From: Eledone cirrhosa
Lineage: Eukaryota
NCBI GenBank assembly: GCA_964016885.1
Contig: CAXHJY010000096.1
Span: forward strand, 1,922,001-1,986,000
Reading direction: 5' to 3'
DNA: 64,000 nt
A program made the translations under genes and the position numbers. Within the stretch, counting starts at the first letter, position 1, and each line of letters opens with the position of its first letter. The notes beneath the pieces are model-generated. The model was not told the origin of the DNA and searched no databases. It saw only the letters and a list, made by a program, of their open reading frames with translations. Below, one piece after another: positions 62,601-64,000 of the stretch.

Positions 62601-64000
62601 AGTTAATTTGTAAAAAAAAATGAGGGGGAGATAATTTGTAAAAAAAATCAAGGGGAGATAATTTCCAGCCGTCCAAGGGGAGATAATTTTCAGCCGTCCA
62701 AGGAGAGGTAATTTCTAGCCGTCCAAGGGGAGATAATTTCCAGCCGTCCAAGGGGAGGTAATTTCCAGCCGTCCAAGGGGAGATAATTTTAAAAAAAAAA
62801 TCAGGCGGAGATAATTTGTAAAAAAAATCAAGGGGAGATAATTTGCAGCCGTCCAAGGGGAGATAATTTTCAGTCGTCCAAGGAGAGGTAATTTCTAGCC
62901 GTCCAAGGGGAGATAATTTCCAGCCGTCCAAGGGGAGATAATTTCCAGCCGTCCAAGGGGAGATAATTTTTTTAAAAAAATCAGGCGGAGATAATTTGTA
63001 AAAAAAATCAGGGGGAGATAATTTGTAAACAAAATCAGGGGGAGATAATTTGTAAAAAAAAATCAGGGGGAGATAATTTGTAAAAAAAATTAGGCGTAGA
63101 TAATTTGTAAAAAAAAATCAGGGGGAGATAATTTGTAAAAAAAAATCAGGGGGAGATAATTTGTTTAAAAAATCAAGGGGAGATAATTTGCAGCCGTCCA
63201 AGGGGAGATAATTTTCAGCCGTCCAAGGAGAGGTAATTTCTAGCCGTTCAAGGGGAGATAATTTCCAGCCGTCCAAGGGGAGATAATTTCCAGCCGTCCA
63301 AGGGGAGATAATTTTTTTTTAAAAATCAGGCGGAGATAATTTGTAAAAAAAAATCAGGGGGAGATAATTCGTAAAAAAAAATCATGGGGAGATAATTTGT
63401 AAAAAAAAATCAGGGGGAGATAATTTGTAAAAAAAATCAAGGGGAGATAATTTCCAGCCGTCCAAGGGGAGGTAATATCTAGCCGTCCAAGGGGAGATAA
63501 TTTCCAGCCGTCCAAGGGGAGATAATTTCCAGCCGTCCAAGGGGAGATAATTTCCAGCCGTCCAAGGAGACATATTTTCCAGCCGTCCAAGGCGAGGTAA
63601 TTTCTAGCCGTCCAAGGGGAGATAAATTCCAGCCTCCAAGGGGAGATAATTTCCAGCCAGCCAAGGGGAGATAATTTGTAAAAAAATCAGGGGGAGATAA
63701 TTTGTAAAAAATATCAGGGAGATAATTTGTAAAAAAAAATCAGGGGGAGATAATTTGTAAAAAAAATCAGGGGGAGATAATTTGTAAAAAAAAATCAGGG
63801 GGAGATAATTTGTAAAAAAAATCAAGGGGAGATAATTTCCAGCCGTCCAAGGGGAGATAATTTTCAGCCGTCCAAAGAGAGGTAATTTCTAACCGTCCGA
63901 GGAGAGATAATTTCCAGCCGTCCAAGGGGAGATAATTTCCAGCCGTCCAAGGGGAGATAATTTCCAGCCGTCCAAGGAGACATATTTTCCAGCCGTCCAA
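41636..64000 (+). repeat. Second (truncated by window end) copy of the 28,807-bp unit, matching 12,829-35,192
   Basis: Private variants are shared pairwise: gagagaattt ~23,211/52,018, aaacaaattc ~25,411/54,218, ccaagtggagataattttc ~29,454/58,261, ccaagataag ~31,266/60,073, and ccaaagagaggtaatttctaacc ~35,064/63,872. Confidence 0.95.

Larger units (their letters stand above)
1..64000 (+). repeat. Composite tandem satellite array of two monomer types (25-bp type A, ~27-bp type B) sharing the core CA(A/G)GGGGAGATAATTT; continues past both window edges
   Basis: GGGGAGATAATTT or a close variant recurs every ~23-30 bp from base 1 to 64,000, always on the + strand. I found no non-repeat interruption and no inverted copy. 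Confidence 0.99.

Noticed and set aside
70-64000. About 190 minus-strand ORFs of 60-196 aa (LEIISPWTAGNYLPLDGWKLSPLGR and YKLSPPDFF/TNYLPLIFF repeats)
   Set aside because: These are arithmetic products of the repeat: three 25-bp monomers give the 25-aa cycle through all frames, and the 27-bp monomer gives 9-aa repeats. Starts are mostly TTG from CAA on the + strand, the ORFs overlap in several frames, and A-run changes frameshift them freely. The + strand is closed by TAA in each monomer.
1-64000. CRISPR-like constant repeat plus spacer
   Set aside because: The 'spacers' are only two recurring 9-14-bp types rather than unique ~30-40-bp sequences, the core is 16 bp, and there is no leader or cas gene.
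1-64000. Telomeric repeat (G-rich strand, ~25-bp unit as in some budding yeasts)
   Set aside because: Two alternating monomer types with multi-kb higher-order duplications over more than 64 kb do not fit templated telomerase addition. A recombination-maintained subtelomeric or terminal satellite is not excluded.
1-64000. GGAG Shine-Dalgarno-like, TATAAT -10-like (ggggatataat, ggctataat) and minus-strand T-run terminator-like motifs
   Set aside because: These are incidental parts of satellite monomers with no associated genes, -35 elements or strong hairpins.
1-64000. Plasmid iterons, phage/viral origin repeats or Borg-type tandem repeats
   Set aside because: Those arrays are short and embedded among genes. 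This window has no coding sequence in 64 kb.
1-64000. Pure sequencing or amplification concatemer artefact
   Set aside because: Nested duplications at many scales, with shared derived variants and graded divergence, indicate an evolutionary history. Only the copy number of the youngest duplication needs read-level confirmation.

Overview
The whole 64,000-bp window is one uninterrupted, head-to-tail, single-orientation tandem satellite array of roughly 2,400-2,500 monomers (estimated as 64 kb / ~26 bp). I see no genes, RNA genes, transposons or unique sequence. Two monomer types share a 16-bp core, CA(A/G)GGGGAGATAATTT, and differ in the tail. Type A is 25 bp (CAAGGGGAGATAATTT-CCAGCCGTC). Type B is usually 26-28 bp (CAGGGGGAGATAATTT-GT-A7..11-T, 27 bp with A8). 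A-runs and B-runs alternate in blocks of about 1-16 monomers joined by a few stereotyped junction monomers. Diagnostic variants reveal nested higher-order repeats: ~180, 411, 498 and 744 bp, ~6.2-7.1 kb, ~8.0 and 8.8 kb offsets, and a near-identical 28,807-bp tandem duplication (unit 12,829-41,635; second copy from 41,636 past the window end). Every ORF in the track is a minus-strand by-product of the repeat. The architecture is most consistent with eukaryotic centromeric or heterochromatic satellite DNA (inference). I do not recognise the satellite family or the organism. All alignments were done by eye and from ORF-track offsets, so boundaries are approximate unless stated.
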